Part shown: positions 38,101 to 58,228 of the stretch, one piece after another
How the letters are laid out: each line of letters starts with the position of its first letter
How positions within the stretch are numbered: the stretch's first letter is position 1
NCBI GenBank assembly: GCA_002269645.1
Contig: NIVC01001283.1
Location: forward strand, 186,001-250,000
DNA length: 64,000 nucleotides
Source of the DNA: Macrostomum lignano
Taxonomy: Eukaryota
Direction: 5' to 3'
Position numbers and translations under genes: made by a program
Notes under the pieces: model-generated
The model's input: the letters and a program-made list of their open reading frames with translations, nothing else
Told to the model about the DNA's origin: nothing
Databases searched by the model: none

Positions 38101-39878
38101 CCTTCCTCCGCAGACAAACCCGCTGTACCCGCACCAGACACCCCGCCCTTCCTCCGCAGACAAACCCGCTGTACCCGCACCAGACACCCCGCCCTTCCTC
38201 CGCAGACAAACCCGCTGTACCCGCACCAGACACCCCGCCCTTCCTCCGCAGACAAACCCGCTGTACCCGCACCAGACGAAGGTGGCCCGTCGCCGCCGTC
38301 CAGTTCCGCTCGGAAAGCTGCACGCCTGGTCCGGCCGAGTTCTGCGGGCCCTGCTGCACCTGCACAGCTGCGGGCTGCGGCCTCACGGCTTTGTACACGC
38401 TGGTAACGTGTTGCTAAGCAACGAAGGCATCCAGCTGGGCGGCTTGGAGAGTGTCCTGACGGGCCAGGTGCCGCCGCGATGGCCGGAGCTGCGCCGACTC
38501 CTGCCAGCAGGTGGCCGAAGGCGCCACCTCACGGATTCAGTTGGGCTCGGACACCTGCTGTTCGAAATGGCAACCGGCTTCGAGCTGACAGCGACAGCCT
38601 TAACAGCGGTGGAGTTTCAGGCGAGTGTCCGAGGTGTCCGACTGGATAGTGAGGTGTCCGACTGGATAGTGAGGTGTCCGGCTGGATAGTGAGGTGTCCG
38701 GCTGGATAGTGAGGTGTCCGGCTGGATAGTGAGGTGTCCGACTGGATAGTGAGGTGTCCGACTGGGTAGTGAGGTGTCCGGCTGGATAGTGAGGTGTCCG
38801 GCTGGATAGTGAGGTGTCCGACTGGGTAGTGAGGTGTACAAAAGGATAGTGAGGTGTCCGGCTGGATAGTGAGGTGTCCGACAGGATAGTGAGGTTTCCT
38901 ACTGGGTAGTGAGGTTTCCGGCTGGATAGTGAGGTGTCCGACTGGGTAGTGAGGTTTCCTACTAGGTAGTGAGGTTTCCGACAGGATAGTGAGGTTTCCG
39001 ACAGGATAGTGAGGTTTCCTACTAGGTAGTGAGGTTTCCGACTGGGTAGTGAGGTTTCCGACTGGATAGTGAGGTGTCCGGCTGGGTATTGAGGTTTCCG
39101 ACTGGGTAGTGAGGTTTCCGACTGGATAGTGAGGTGTCCGGCTGGGTATTGAGGTGTCCGACTGGGTAGTGAGGTTTCCGACTGGATCAAGGTGTCCAAC
39201 TGAATAGAGGCCTAATCTCAGAATGAGGCACATTTTGCTGGTGCTCACAGAGTGCATTCGACCCCCTTTCAGATCCTCGCAGCCAAGGGCCGAAAATACC
39301 GGCCACTGTTGGATGTCTTGAACTTCATCTTCGAGCGCCTGCCGTTCGGCAGCGTGCCGGAGCTCGGTGCCATCGCTGATCACGCCTTCTTCGCCGGCTG
39401 CATGGTCGAGTTCCCGGTGGCCGAGACGGCCGCTGCCTCCGATTCCACCGCCTCGACAGCGGTGGTCGCGTCCTTTCTCAAGCGGGTGCGCAAGCGCCTG
39501 CCAGCAGGGGTTCGCAGCGGCGGCGTCGCGACAGCGGCCGCGGAAAGTCCGCGGCAGCCTCGGGACGTCCGGGCGCAGCCTCAGCCTCCGACTGCGCGGG
39601 CACCACCGCGGGCGCCTGAGCCTCCTCCGCCCCTGCCACCTCCAGCGCCTCCGCCGCCGCCTCCGCCTCCGCCCCCGCCACCTCCAGCGCCTCCCCCGCC
39701 ACCTCCAGCGCCTCCCCCACCGCCTCCAGCGCCTCCCCCGCCGGGGCCACCGCCGCCACCGTCGCGCGCGCCGGAGCGATCGACAGGTCGCGGCGCACTT
39801 CTGTCCGACATTCGCCGCGGCGCCAAATTGAAGAAGGTCGCCAATCTGACCAACGATAGAAGCGCGCCTCGATTGTGA
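35197..39878 (+). CDS. Slowpoke-binding-protein/PXK-like pseudokinase with N-terminal TM segment, polyproline tract and C-terminal WH2; start codon not located
   Basis: Exons 35197-35279, 36020-36365, 37723-37830, 38252-38620, 39273-39878 are phase-consistent (1512 nt). A possible micro-exon lies at 34819-34844. Motifs PKGSVRDFI, RVLRALLHLHSCG..HGFVHAGNVLL, GHLLFEMATG match PXK/Slob. GRGALLSDIRRGAKLKKV is a WH2 motif. Confidence 0.85.
35447..35915. repeat. ~18-bp intronic minisatellite CCACCCTCCCCTGTCTAC
   Basis: Tandem copies. Confidence 0.9.
36405..37668. repeat. 24-bp intronic minisatellite CTCCCTGAGGAATTGAGTGACACC
   Basis: About 52 tandem copies; the SDTLPEEL ORFs are artefacts. Confidence 0.97.
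37859..38275 (+). repeat. 46-bp tandem repeat containing a splice acceptor and the first 8 codons of the downstream exon
   Basis: Unit ACACCCCGCCCTTCCTCCGCAG|ACAAACCCGCTGTACCCGCACCAG, 9 copies. Confidence 0.92.
38630..39190. repeat. 20-bp intronic minisatellite GAGGTGTCCGACTGGATAGT
   Basis: About 27 tandem copies. Confidence 0.95.
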
Positions 39879-42159
39879 AGCGACCGCACATGGCTGACTT
39901 CGGGCGCCGGTAAAACCAGCCGACTTACTGGTTGTAAAAGTGCAATATTTTAATAGATTCTTTCCTTATTTACAGTGCAATAAGATTTCATTTGTGAGTT
40001 CCGATTTTGAGCCTTGATTTGATTTGGAAGAAAATTTTTTCTAGACATTTCTGCTTCAAATAAAGTTGAATTGCGCTATTCGCGCCCTTTCCCGCCATTT
40101 ACGAGCTTTCGACCAAGACTGAGCTACTATCAGTAGCTCGAGTGCAAATGTGCACTAAAAATAAAAACAAATATGGTCATAAATTTGATTTTAATGACGC
40201 CCGAATCTGCGCGATAAATGAAAGCCGCAAGAACAGTTGCGCCTATCCTGCGCATTCCTTAGGCGATTGTAACGCGTATATTTTATTATTTAAAAGTTCT
40301 ACTTGTTTAGAAGGGGGGTACATCATGTCTAAACAGACAGTGCTGGTTTGAAAGAAAAAGCTTTCTGCCTTTTACAGCCGCTGCAGTATATCAAAGCAAA
40401 AGACAGAACAGACGCAGAAACACACAGGCAGGGTGATACAAAACAGACTAACGCGCACTCACCGCTAAAGGATATTTTTAATCAATTAGTTAACTTTTGG
40501 TAAGTATAAGAACAATAGCGCTGATTGATGTAAAAAATGAGAAACAAGAAAACAAGAAACCCACACGTAAAGCATGCTCGCAAGAGCTTACTGAGTAACA
40601 ATTTAGTTGCAGTAGTAGTATGCTGCGCTTATGACAGTCGCAAATTAAGAAAGCAGGTTGGAACAAAGACGCACGCGTACACATAGGTTGTACAGGAAAT
40701 TTACAGAAAAAGAGCTGACAAATAATAACACATTAGAATTGATTGAGGACAAGCTCACAGTTGTGTACCGAATATGACAGTCGTGTTTCATAATATAACA
40801 ATAATAATAATAACGCGTGCAGGTGTAAAAAAACTAATGAAAAAGGTAGTTCGTATACGCATAACGGGTGTCCCAAAAAAGCTTACCAATTCATTTGACT
40901 CCTGTTGGACTCTCTTGCACCCCGAGCTCTACTAGCTAAGCGGCATACCGACAGAAAACCTGTGTAAATCTGTACACAAGACGCTAGAATATCTATGCAC
41001 ATCTTAGCCCTGCATATTTTAATAGTACAGCACCCATAATTTATAACCTCTTATAAATATTATATCTATTTGATAAGAAACATCGTTAAATTTACGTTTT
41101 CTCGATCGCCTTACCTCGAGAAACAATTATAGTTAGATGCAGCCTCCTGTCCTCAGTGCTCTCCACAGATACTAGTAGAATAACTAGATGGGCCACTCAC
41201 CACTTTTGCTTGTAAGCTACTCTCAGTTCAGTGGTAAGTTAAACAGAAAGCATTTTAATTTATTTTTAAAGCCAAGGCTCATTTATTAGCTCTTACCCCC
41301 CCCCCCCCCCAGCTTAAACCTTCCAGCCGCGCCTTTCCACATAACCCCCCTCGCCCCACCCCAGTTTTATTGCCTTTCTCGGAATTCCAGCCTAAAGCTG
41401 CCATGTACATTTCAGTGGACTGGCCAATGTACATTACTGCTGAACCAATTAGCAAGCTGTTTTACGCCTGCAAGCTTGGGCTTCTGAACTTATCAAAGTC
41501 ATTTCAGCTGCCTTTATTTTATAAAATAGCTTTTTATTAGGTTAAAAAGCTATAGAATAATTAGGTTATTCTAGCTAGAATCTCTAGTGCTCTCTAATTG
41601 AATGCCGTTTTTTTTTCGCCAGAAAAATTAGACTTACAAGTTCTCAGTCGGTAGTTAGCTGACTCCGAGCCCCCGAGGGTGCTAAACCGAATAACAAGAT
41701 AATTGAAAACGATCGAATTCCTTTCTCCAAGAAACGTCATTAGACAAGGCGAAATGAAAATCAATTGTTAGAACAGAGTCCAAAGCGATTTGAGAAAGAA
41801 CATCTTGCTGGGTAGAAAAAGCAACAATCAGAGAACAAAGAGAAAAGAATTTTCGCTCCAAATTTTTTTTGGCAATTTTTGTCTTTTTTCATAGTCTCCA
41901 ACTGCCACGAAATAAAAACAAAAAGTCTTCGCAACGACGCAGGGCTGAGGGACTGCGCTATCATCCCTGTAAGTAGTGCTTACTGCTTACTGGCAGTAGC
42001 ATATATGGCACGCGATTCTAGATAAAATATTTATACATAAAATTGATGCATACATATGATATGATTTCATAAGCAGTGCGTTCAGCCTGCGACTGAAAAT
42101 GGCAAACAATTTTACTTTGCTACCTAGGAACTTTATCGACAGATTTAGGGACTGATCTC

Positions 42160-43735
42160 AGTAGGTCCAAAATCTCCCCCTAGTAGCTCTAAAATCTAAC
42201 CCCTAGTAGCTCCAAAATCTCCCCCTAGTAGCTCTAAAATCTCACCCCTAGTAGCTCTAAAATCTCACACCTTTTAGCTCCAAAATCTCAACCCCAGTAG
42301 CTCAAAAATCTCCCCCCTAGTAGCTCCAAAATCTCCCCCTAGTAGCTCTAAAATCTCACCCCTAGTAGCTCTAAAATCTCACACCTAGTAGCTCCAAAAT
42401 CTCACCCCTAGTAGCTCTAAAATCTCACCCCTAGTAGCTCCAAAATCTCAACCCCAGTAGCTCAAAAATCTCACCCCTAGTAGCTCCAAAATCTCCATCC
42501 CTAGTAGCTCCAAAATCTCAACCCCAGTAGCTCAAAAATCTCACCCCTAGTAGCTCTAAAATCTCACCCCTAGTAGCTCTAAAATCTCACCCCTAGTAGC
42601 TCCAAAATCTCACCCCTAGTAGCTCTAAAATCTCCCCCTTGTAGCTCTAAAATCTCACCCCTAGTAGCTCTAAAATCTCACACCTAGTAGCTCCAAAATC
42701 TCACCCCTAGTAGCTCCAAAATCTCACCCTAGTAGCTCTACAATCTCACCCCTAGTAGCTCCAAAATCTCACCCCTAGTAGCTCCAAAGTCTCACCCCTA
42801 GTAGCTCCAAAATCTCCATCCCTAATAGCTCCAAAATCTCACCCCTAGTAGCTCCAAAATCACACCCCTAGTAGCTCCAAAATCTCACCCCTAGTAGCTC
42901 AAAAATCTCACCCCTAGTAGCTCCAAAATCTCCATCCCTAGTAGCTCCAAAATCTCAACCCCAGTAGCTCAAAAATCTCACCCCTAGTAGCTCCAAAATC
43001 TCCCCCTAGTAGCTCTAAAATCTCACCCCTAGTAGCTCTAAAATCTCACCCTAGTAGCTCTAAGATCTCACCCCTAGTAGCTCCAAAATCCAACCCTTGT
43101 AGCTCCAAAATCTTACCCCTAGTAGCTCCAAAATCTCACCCCTAGTAGCTCCAAAATCTCACCCCTAGTAGCTCCAAAATCTCACCCCTAGTAGCTCCAA
43201 AATCTCACCCCTAGTAGCTCCAAAATCTCAATTTCTAGTAGCTCCAAAATCACATCCCTAGTAGCTCCAAAATCTCACCCCTAGTAGCTCTAAAATCTCA
43301 CCCCTAGTAGCTCCAAAATCTCACCCCTAGTAGCTCCAAAATCTCACCCCTAGTAGCTCCAAAATCTCACCCCTAGTAGCTCCAAAATCTCACCCCTAGT
43401 AGCTCCAAAATCTCACCCCTAGTAGCTCCAAAATCTCCATTTCTAGTAGCTCCAAAATCTCACCCCTAGTAGCTCTAAAATCTCACACCTAGTAGCTCCA
43501 AAATCTCACCCCTAGTAGCTCCAAAATCTCACCCCTAGTAGCTCCAAAATCTCCATTTCTAGTAGCTCCAAAATCACACCCCTAGTAGCTCCAAAATCTC
43601 ACCCCTAGTAGCTCTAAAATCTCACCCCTAGTAGCTCCAAAATCTCACCCCTAGTAGCTCCAAAATCTCACCCCTAGTAGCTCCAAAATCTCACCCCTAG
43701 TAGCTCCAAAATCTCACCCCTAGTAGCTCCAAAAT
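42160..43735. repeat. 23-bp minisatellite AAAATCTCACCCCTAGTAGCTCC
   Basis: About 68 tandem copies between the convergent Slob-like and HIPK genes. Confidence 0.97.
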
Positions 43736-44192
43736 ACACAAAGCTGTTTAAAGCCAATCAGCATGCAGGACAGGACATGAGCAGGCAAGTGTAATAGAAA
43801 GCGCTAAAGATGCAAAAAGAAGTCTGTTATTTTCCTGTGCATTTCGATTATACAAATGACCAAAAATATGGCTATGCAATGCTCCTCTACGCATTTAGTT
43901 AGACCGCAATTATAATCATGAGCGCTAGTGAGGGTAAGTGAAGCGCAGAGTTACAAAAAACTTTCAAGCCGGATAAACGGGTTTTTAACATACATGCGAT
44001 TATATATTGTTGCTACAGTTCGTGTGCGGAAATAAATATTTCATAAATACACGCACACACACGAGACAGCCTATACTACTCAAATAGTAGTATTAATAAA
44101 AGCGTAATTTTTTCCAATCGTTCTTTTTTCTATTTTTTGTCAAAAAAAGATAAAAAACTCAGAGCGACAACAAAGATCAGACAGCAGCTTCA

Positions 44193-52217
<8,025 letters not shown>

Positions 52218-52531
52218 TTAGCCCCTCGAGATTGATGCTTTAATGTTGCCTTATTCTGTTTAGATTGTAGGCGTTACCGTTCCTCTCCCCCCTGACTGTT
52301 AACTTGCTTGATGATTAGTCTGCTGCCTATTTACCTCACTGCTACTGCTGGCTACCTGTTCCGCGCCTGGCCTCCCTGCATTAACTGCCGCTGATTCTCC
52401 TTTAGGCGATCCGTTTTTTATGGTCTTTTGTTTAATTAGGAGAAGAAAAACAGCATAAACGGGAGAGAAGTTATTAAGATAAAAGAGTACATAGTAGCTA
52501 TAATATAAAATGTAATTGAGTTCATTAGTTT

Positions 52532-52690
52532 CATACATGCTCAACCGCACTTGATTTACACAACCATGCGACCTACTTAAGAAAAAAACCTAAGCAAAAT
52601 TAAAGTAATTTTGGGTGAACGGCAGGAGTAATTATGGCTGTATTATTACAACTAAATTCATCGTCATCTAATTAGTACTACAATTTGGCA
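52532..52690 (+). mobile_element. Partial copy C of the CATACATGCGCAACT-TIR family with 28S-derived cassette at 52613-52676
   Basis: Starts CATACATGCTCAACC (13/15 to the family TIR). Flank CCTAAGCAAAATTAA..TTTTGGGT is shared with the 60776 element. No matching second end or TSD found. Confidence 0.7.
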
Positions 52691-53069
52691 AATAAGCCAA
52701 ATTATGTAGAGTTTTTTAGACAATATTTCACAATTAATTTATGAGTTGAGTCTGAGCATTTTTTGCTATTATCCTTTTTTAATTCCAGTCATTGTCTATA
52801 ACAATGTCATAGAAATCTAAAGCCTAGCAATTTTTCAAAAAAAGTAAACAAAGGCCATCATACATGCGCAACTGCTGGCCAACCTGGCCGATCCGGCCAC
52901 CGTAAATCGTGGCTGACCAGGGGTAAGTCGCAAAATTGAGTCAACCAAAAACAGAAAAACACAAGAACCAAGAAAGGCAAGAGGAAAGCGAAAGAAAGAG
53001 CAGTTCAGGGAAAATGGTGAAGCAAAAGAAAAACAATTTGCAAAAGAAGCAAACTAAGTTGTAAAAATA

Positions 53070-53835
53070 ATCAGGTAAGTCGCAAAAAGGATCAGGTAAG
53101 TCGCAAAAAGGATCAGGTAAGTCGCAAAAAGGATCAGGTAAGTCGCAAAAGAAGCAAACTAAGTTGCAAAAAGGATCAGGTAAGTCGCAACAGGAATCAG
53201 GTAAGTCGCAAAAGAAGCAAACTAAGTCGCAAAAAGGATCAGGTAAGTCGCAAAAGGGTTAGGTAAGTCGCAAAAAGGATTAGGTAAGTCGCAAAAAGGA
53301 TTAGGTAAGTCGCAAAAAGGATCAGGTAAGTCGCAAAAAGAATCAGGTAAGTTGCAAAAGGATCAGCTAAGTCGCAAAAGGATTAGGTAAGTCGCAAAAA
53401 GGATTAGGTAAGTCGCAAAAAGGATTAGGTAAGTCGCAAAAAGAATCAGGTCAGTCGCAAAAGGATCAGCTAAGTCGCAAAGGATTAGGTAAGTCGCAAA
53501 AGGGTTAGGTAAGTCGCAAAAAGATTAGGTAAGTCGCAAAAGGGTTAGGTAAGTCGCAAAAGGATTAGGTAAGTCGCAAAAGGGTTAGGTAAGTTGCAAA
53601 AGGGTTAGGTAAGTCGCAAAAGGATTAGGTAAGTCGCAAAAGGATTAGGTAAGTCGCAAAAGGATTAGGTAAGTCGCAAAAGGGTTAGGTAAGTCGCAAA
53701 AAGGATTAGGTAAGTCGCAAAAAGGATTAGGTAAGTCGCAAAAAGGATTAGGTAAGTCGCAAAAAGGATTAGGTAAGTCGCAAAAAGGATTAAGTAAGTC
53801 GCAAAAAGGATTAGGTAAGTCGCAAAAAGAAGCAA
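53070..53835. repeat. 21-22-bp minisatellite GGTAAGTCGCAAAAAGGATTA inside element B
   Basis: About 35 tandem copies. Confidence 0.95.
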
Positions 53836-54004
53836 CTAAGTCGCAATAAGAGGGAAGTAAGTCACAATCAGAGGCAATCAAGGGGTAGTAGGTGCAAGTG
53901 TGGCAGGAGAGCAAAAACAGAATAGAAGCCTTCAACCACAGACAAGATCTTTGAAATCAGAAGCCCGCGTCAACAGTTTCCCATTGATTTCTTAAACTCT
54001 GGAG

Positions 54005-54260
54005 CAGGGGTTGGCAAACTCCGGCTCGCAAAGCCCCTCTATCTGGCCCTCGCCCCTCGGGTTCTTTGAAACTTCCTAACCAGCAAGGTTGGTGTCTCTT
54101 CAACTCTCATCTCTCTCTTCTTCTCTACCTTGCCTCTCCTCTTCTCTCTCTCCCCCCTTTTCCCTCTTCTCTCTCCTCTCATTTTTACTCTGCTCTCTTC
54201 TCCCCCTTTCTCTCTACCCTTTCTCCTCAATGCCCTCTTCTCTCCTCTTATCTTCAGCAA
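54005..54260 (+). mobile_element. hAT-like MITE end (CAGGGGTTGGCAAACT), copy 3, nested in element B, followed by a CT-rich tract
   Basis: Classic Charlie/Buster-type terminus; shares a motif with 16786 and 32527. Confidence 0.55.
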
Positions 54261-55609
54261 AAATATGTGCATATTTTCTTACTTCAAAGTAGAGGGAATG
54301 GAAGATTAAAGATAAGCAAACAGAGGAGAGGCGAGCGATGCGATGGGAGAAAAGATAGAAGAGGAGAGAAAAGCTGAGGGAGGAAAAAGAGATGAGAGAG
54401 AAGAGGAGATTAGAGGAAAGAGGAAAGAAAAGATGATGGATGAGATCAGAAGAGAGGAAAGAGGAAAGAGGAGAGAGTAGATGAGAGAAGAGAGGATAAA
54501 GAGGAGATGAGAGGAGAGTGAAGAGAGGAGAGATGAGAGAGTAGAAAAGAGAGGAGAGATAAGATGAGAGAGTAGAGTGGAGAGAGACGAGAGGGAAGAT
54601 AAGATGAGAGAGTAGAGTGGAATAGAGAGAGACGAGAGGAGAGATAAGAATGTAGAGAGGAGACAGAAGAGATAGGAGAGGAAAGAGAGGAGAGAGGAGA
54701 GGAAAGAGAGAAGGGATAAGGGATGAGAGAGAAAAGAAAAAGAGGATGAGAAGATTGAGGAATGGGGAGAATTTGCAAAGGCCTCAAATCTTAGTTTAAC
54801 ATGCATTACTCCCATCTTTGCCTTTTGCCTAACTTTTAACAAGTTTTTGTTTGAGCATGACTTCAAATTTAGAATCTATGCAAAAATAGTTCCGGGAATT
54901 AGAATTCAGTGGTTTAAAAATCTGTGGGTTTTCACAGCTTGTATCTCTACTAGATTCGTATTCTGCATCTGATGAGCCATCTGAATCAGGGCTCTCATCT
55001 TCCATGCCAAATCGTCTAGCAAATCGTTCTTGAGCTATAGGTCACACTGTATTCACTTCACTTACTTCTGGACATTCATGAATCATGACTTTTGTAGTAT
55101 GCTCACTACACTGTACTGACAATTTACTAATTGCTTCATGCCGCCACTAGATGACACTGATTAGCTGTTATAAAGATGCGGAATCTGCATGCAGCACTAA
55201 TTAGCTGGCGAGGCATTTAGCTTTAAAAATATAGTCATAGTTACTCCTGCCGTTTACCTAAAGTTTTTGCTTGGCTCTTTCATAGGTAAGTCGCATTTTT
55301 TATCGAAAACTAAGTCGCACGGCCAGCATAATTTCAGAAGTTGCGCATGTATGAAGGCCATGCCAAATGTGACATATATGTAGCCTCAATTGCAATTTGG
55401 TGGTGGCTCTACAAGGGCCTCTTAATGTATTTGCAAGCAAAACACCAAGCAGTTTTAAGCCAGTAGCAACACCAGGTTCTGAGTCTTCGACTCAAAATAT
55501 ATCTAGTAGTGAAATATCAGTTGCAATTTCTATAGCAGTTTCTGCCTCAACACCATCAAGTTTGGCTCTTGTAAGCACTGCTAATAGTCCTGTGTCAGCA
55601 ACATTGCCT

Positions 55610-58228
55610 GCCTGCTTGCTGTCCTTGCCAAAATGATAAAAATTACTGACTTCTACATAATTCAAAGATTTAGCCACTGTGCTAGCTCAAATGGTAGTGG
55701 AAAATTACAATGCCCAGGTTGATGACAATAGTGCGCTCCCAAGTAATGGACATGTCTATTATAATAGAGAACAAAATCCAAGAAAGAAAGAAAGAAATTG
55801 CAGTCAGAAAAGCAAGGAGAGCAATTCTCAATTTTACTAAACAAATGGAAATAGGTAAACAACTGATGCTTTATGAACATGCATGCAAAACCTTAAAATT
55901 TCACCTGTCCAGTGCGACTTAGTTTTGTCCAGATTTGCAACTTAGTTTCTCCCAATTGCGACTTAGTTTTGTCCAGATTTGCAACTTAGTTTCTCCCAAT
56001 TGCGACTTAGTTTTGTCCAGATTTGCAACTTAGTTTCTCCCAATTGCGACTTAGTTTTGTCCAGATTTGCAACTTAGTTTCTCCCAATTGCGACTTAGTT
56101 CCTTTCAATTGCAACCTAATTTTCACTTTGTATATGACTTTTCTTGCCTTTTTCTCTTTTCTTCTCTTTCTCTTTCTGCTTTCCCTTCTCTCTCTTTTCT
56201 TTCCTTTCTTTTCCTTTTCTCTGCCTCTCCTTTCTTTTTTCTCCCAGTTTTTTGTTTTTCACATTTTCAATTTTGCAACTTAACTTGGCCAGCCGCCATT
56301 TCACCTGTCTGGTTTGGATGGGTTGGGCATGTATGTTCATGAACATCAACATGCATACAAAAGACCATTGTGCTACAAAAGGCTTTGCCTCTGCTTCTAA
56401 AAACCTGGAAGCAACTGTGTCTGTGCTTTATCTTGGATTTGAATGCATTTAAGGTTCTGCAACTGCTGAAGCATGTTTGTAGATTGTCACCAATTGACTC
56501 ATCATTTTGGCCTTGTTGTTCTTTGGGACATAATAGTATATACTATAAATAGTGCATCAGTTATGGTTAAACTGGCTAGTTTGCTAATGTTAAAGGTTGA
56601 GCATCAACTTTGCCATGCATACAGAATCTATCTAGTTGTATCAGATGTAATCTATGCTAAAAATGCAGCCAAGCCTAAGAGCATTGCCTTAGGCTGATGA
56701 GTAAGAAGAAGCCACTGATGAGTTGAATGACATAGTCATAAGTGACAATGATGATACTAGCTCGTAATAGTATCATGGAAGATAATAGTGTTGAATAGGA
56801 TATAGATCAAGTAGATCAGAATGATGGCCATGGTTCTAGCATTGAGTTTAGCAGTGACATTTGAGTTGCATTGCAGCACCTTTGCAAAGTTGTCCTAACT
56901 TTTTAGCATAGCCCTACTTGCAAGTTGCAACGACACTCTTCAGACATTTGTGAAAGTACAGCATAACAAAGAGCTAGAGCTTATTCTAGACACAAAGAAA
57001 TGCTAGAAGTCCTTGCTGGACATGGTGCAACATTTTCTTCTATTCAAGGCTTTGGTATATAGTGCATGCTTCATCTTGGATTAGTCACCATTTTAGCAAG
57101 GAGACATTCAATAGCTATAAGAGCTATGCGCAGCACTTCACCCATTGAAGCTAGTGATCACTAAGCTTTTAAGCTGCAACTACAATTTGCTAAAGGCTGC
57201 TGCTACATTCAATTTTGCAGTGTAAGAGCTAAAAAGCCAGAACAGCAAGCTAGCTAAACAACTGCTTAAAGCTTTTGAGGAGCACTTCATTGAGCAATAG
57301 GGTAATATTGCTCTAGCACTGTGCACAACTTTTGAAGTGCAGGGTCTACATTGCTAATAGTAACTTGAAACTAAATATAGCAAAATACATTCATTTCCAT
57401 TGCCAACAAAATTTTGCTGCTTATTTTGTTGACTTTGCTGCTTTTGCTTCTTAGCAGCTGCTTATTGCTGCTAAGAATGGCTCAAGGCCAAGTTGAAAAG
57501 CTGGATAGCTGCTTTGATATACTAGTTGCATGCCCTATGCAATATCAACTTCAAGTCAAACAAGAGATTGGGCATGAGATTAAGTTCATATGGTCAATTA
57601 GCCAACTTGGTAAGTTGCTAATGACCCTTAACAGTTGCCTACTTTTGATCACACCAACCCTATTAGAATAAATGTTGAAAACTCACAGACGTGCGCTTTA
57701 GAAAAAGAGCCAAATTATTTTACAATTATTAGAAATCATTTTGTTAAAATCAAAATTCATTAACTTTTTGAAATCATAATTGAAATTTTCTGAAATCAAA
57801 ATTCAGAAAAACAAAGTTTAGTATGACCAAAACTTACTTTTTTACTCTTGATTTACTGCTTATGCAAAATAAAATACATGTATATATCACACAAATTAGT
57901 TTATTTTTAGCCACTTTTTTACACACTTCTACAAAGGTATTAGACCCTCTTCCATGTATATTTATTTGCTAAATAATTGCTATTTCAATTGAAAAATTGA
58001 AAAATTTTGAAAGTGCACTGGATGCCATCTACAATTTTACAAATTTTCCCATAGGACCCACCAGTAAGCATTGTTCAAGCAGAAAGGGTGTTCTCTGTTG
58101 TAGCAGTCTTGATAACCAAGTTTTGCTTTTATATGGGTGATAAAATGCTATCAAAGCTCTGCATGCTTCAAGCTTATTTTCAGAAGCAATCTGTGCTTTT
58201 ATCATCAAATTTCTTTGATCAGGAGTAG
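55610..58228 (+). pseudogene. Fossil hAT-superfamily DDE transposase, interrupted by element D
   Basis: Translations match hAT transposase motifs. QFSILLNKWK*VNN*CFMNINMH corresponds to FSLTLDEWTS..RRYMNINVH. INSASVM corresponds to TDGASVM. QLCHAYRIYLVV corresponds to LCxAHGIQLAV. LILDTKKC*KSLLDM corresponds to LILDxKTRWxSL. ELCAALHPLKL is present. PPVSIVQAERVFS at 58058 corresponds to PPTSVEAERAFS. Many in-frame stops. Confidence 0.85.
55878..56335. mobile_element. Internally deleted copy D of the element-B family, opposite orientation, inserted in the hAT ORF
   Basis: Ends CATGCATGCAAAACC / GGTTGGGCATGTATG. TSD TTTATGAA (55870-55877) / TTCATGAA (56336-56343). Both ends align to B's ends. 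Excision restores the transposase frame. Confidence 0.8.

Larger units (their letters stand above)
52859..55353. mobile_element. Non-autonomous DNA transposon B: perfect 15-bp TIRs, 8-bp TSD, 28S-derived cassette at 55195-55258
   Basis: TIR CATACATGCGCAACT (52859-52873) / AGTTGCGCATGTATG (55339-55353). TSD AAGGCCAT at 52851-52858 and 55354-55361. Confidence 0.88.
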
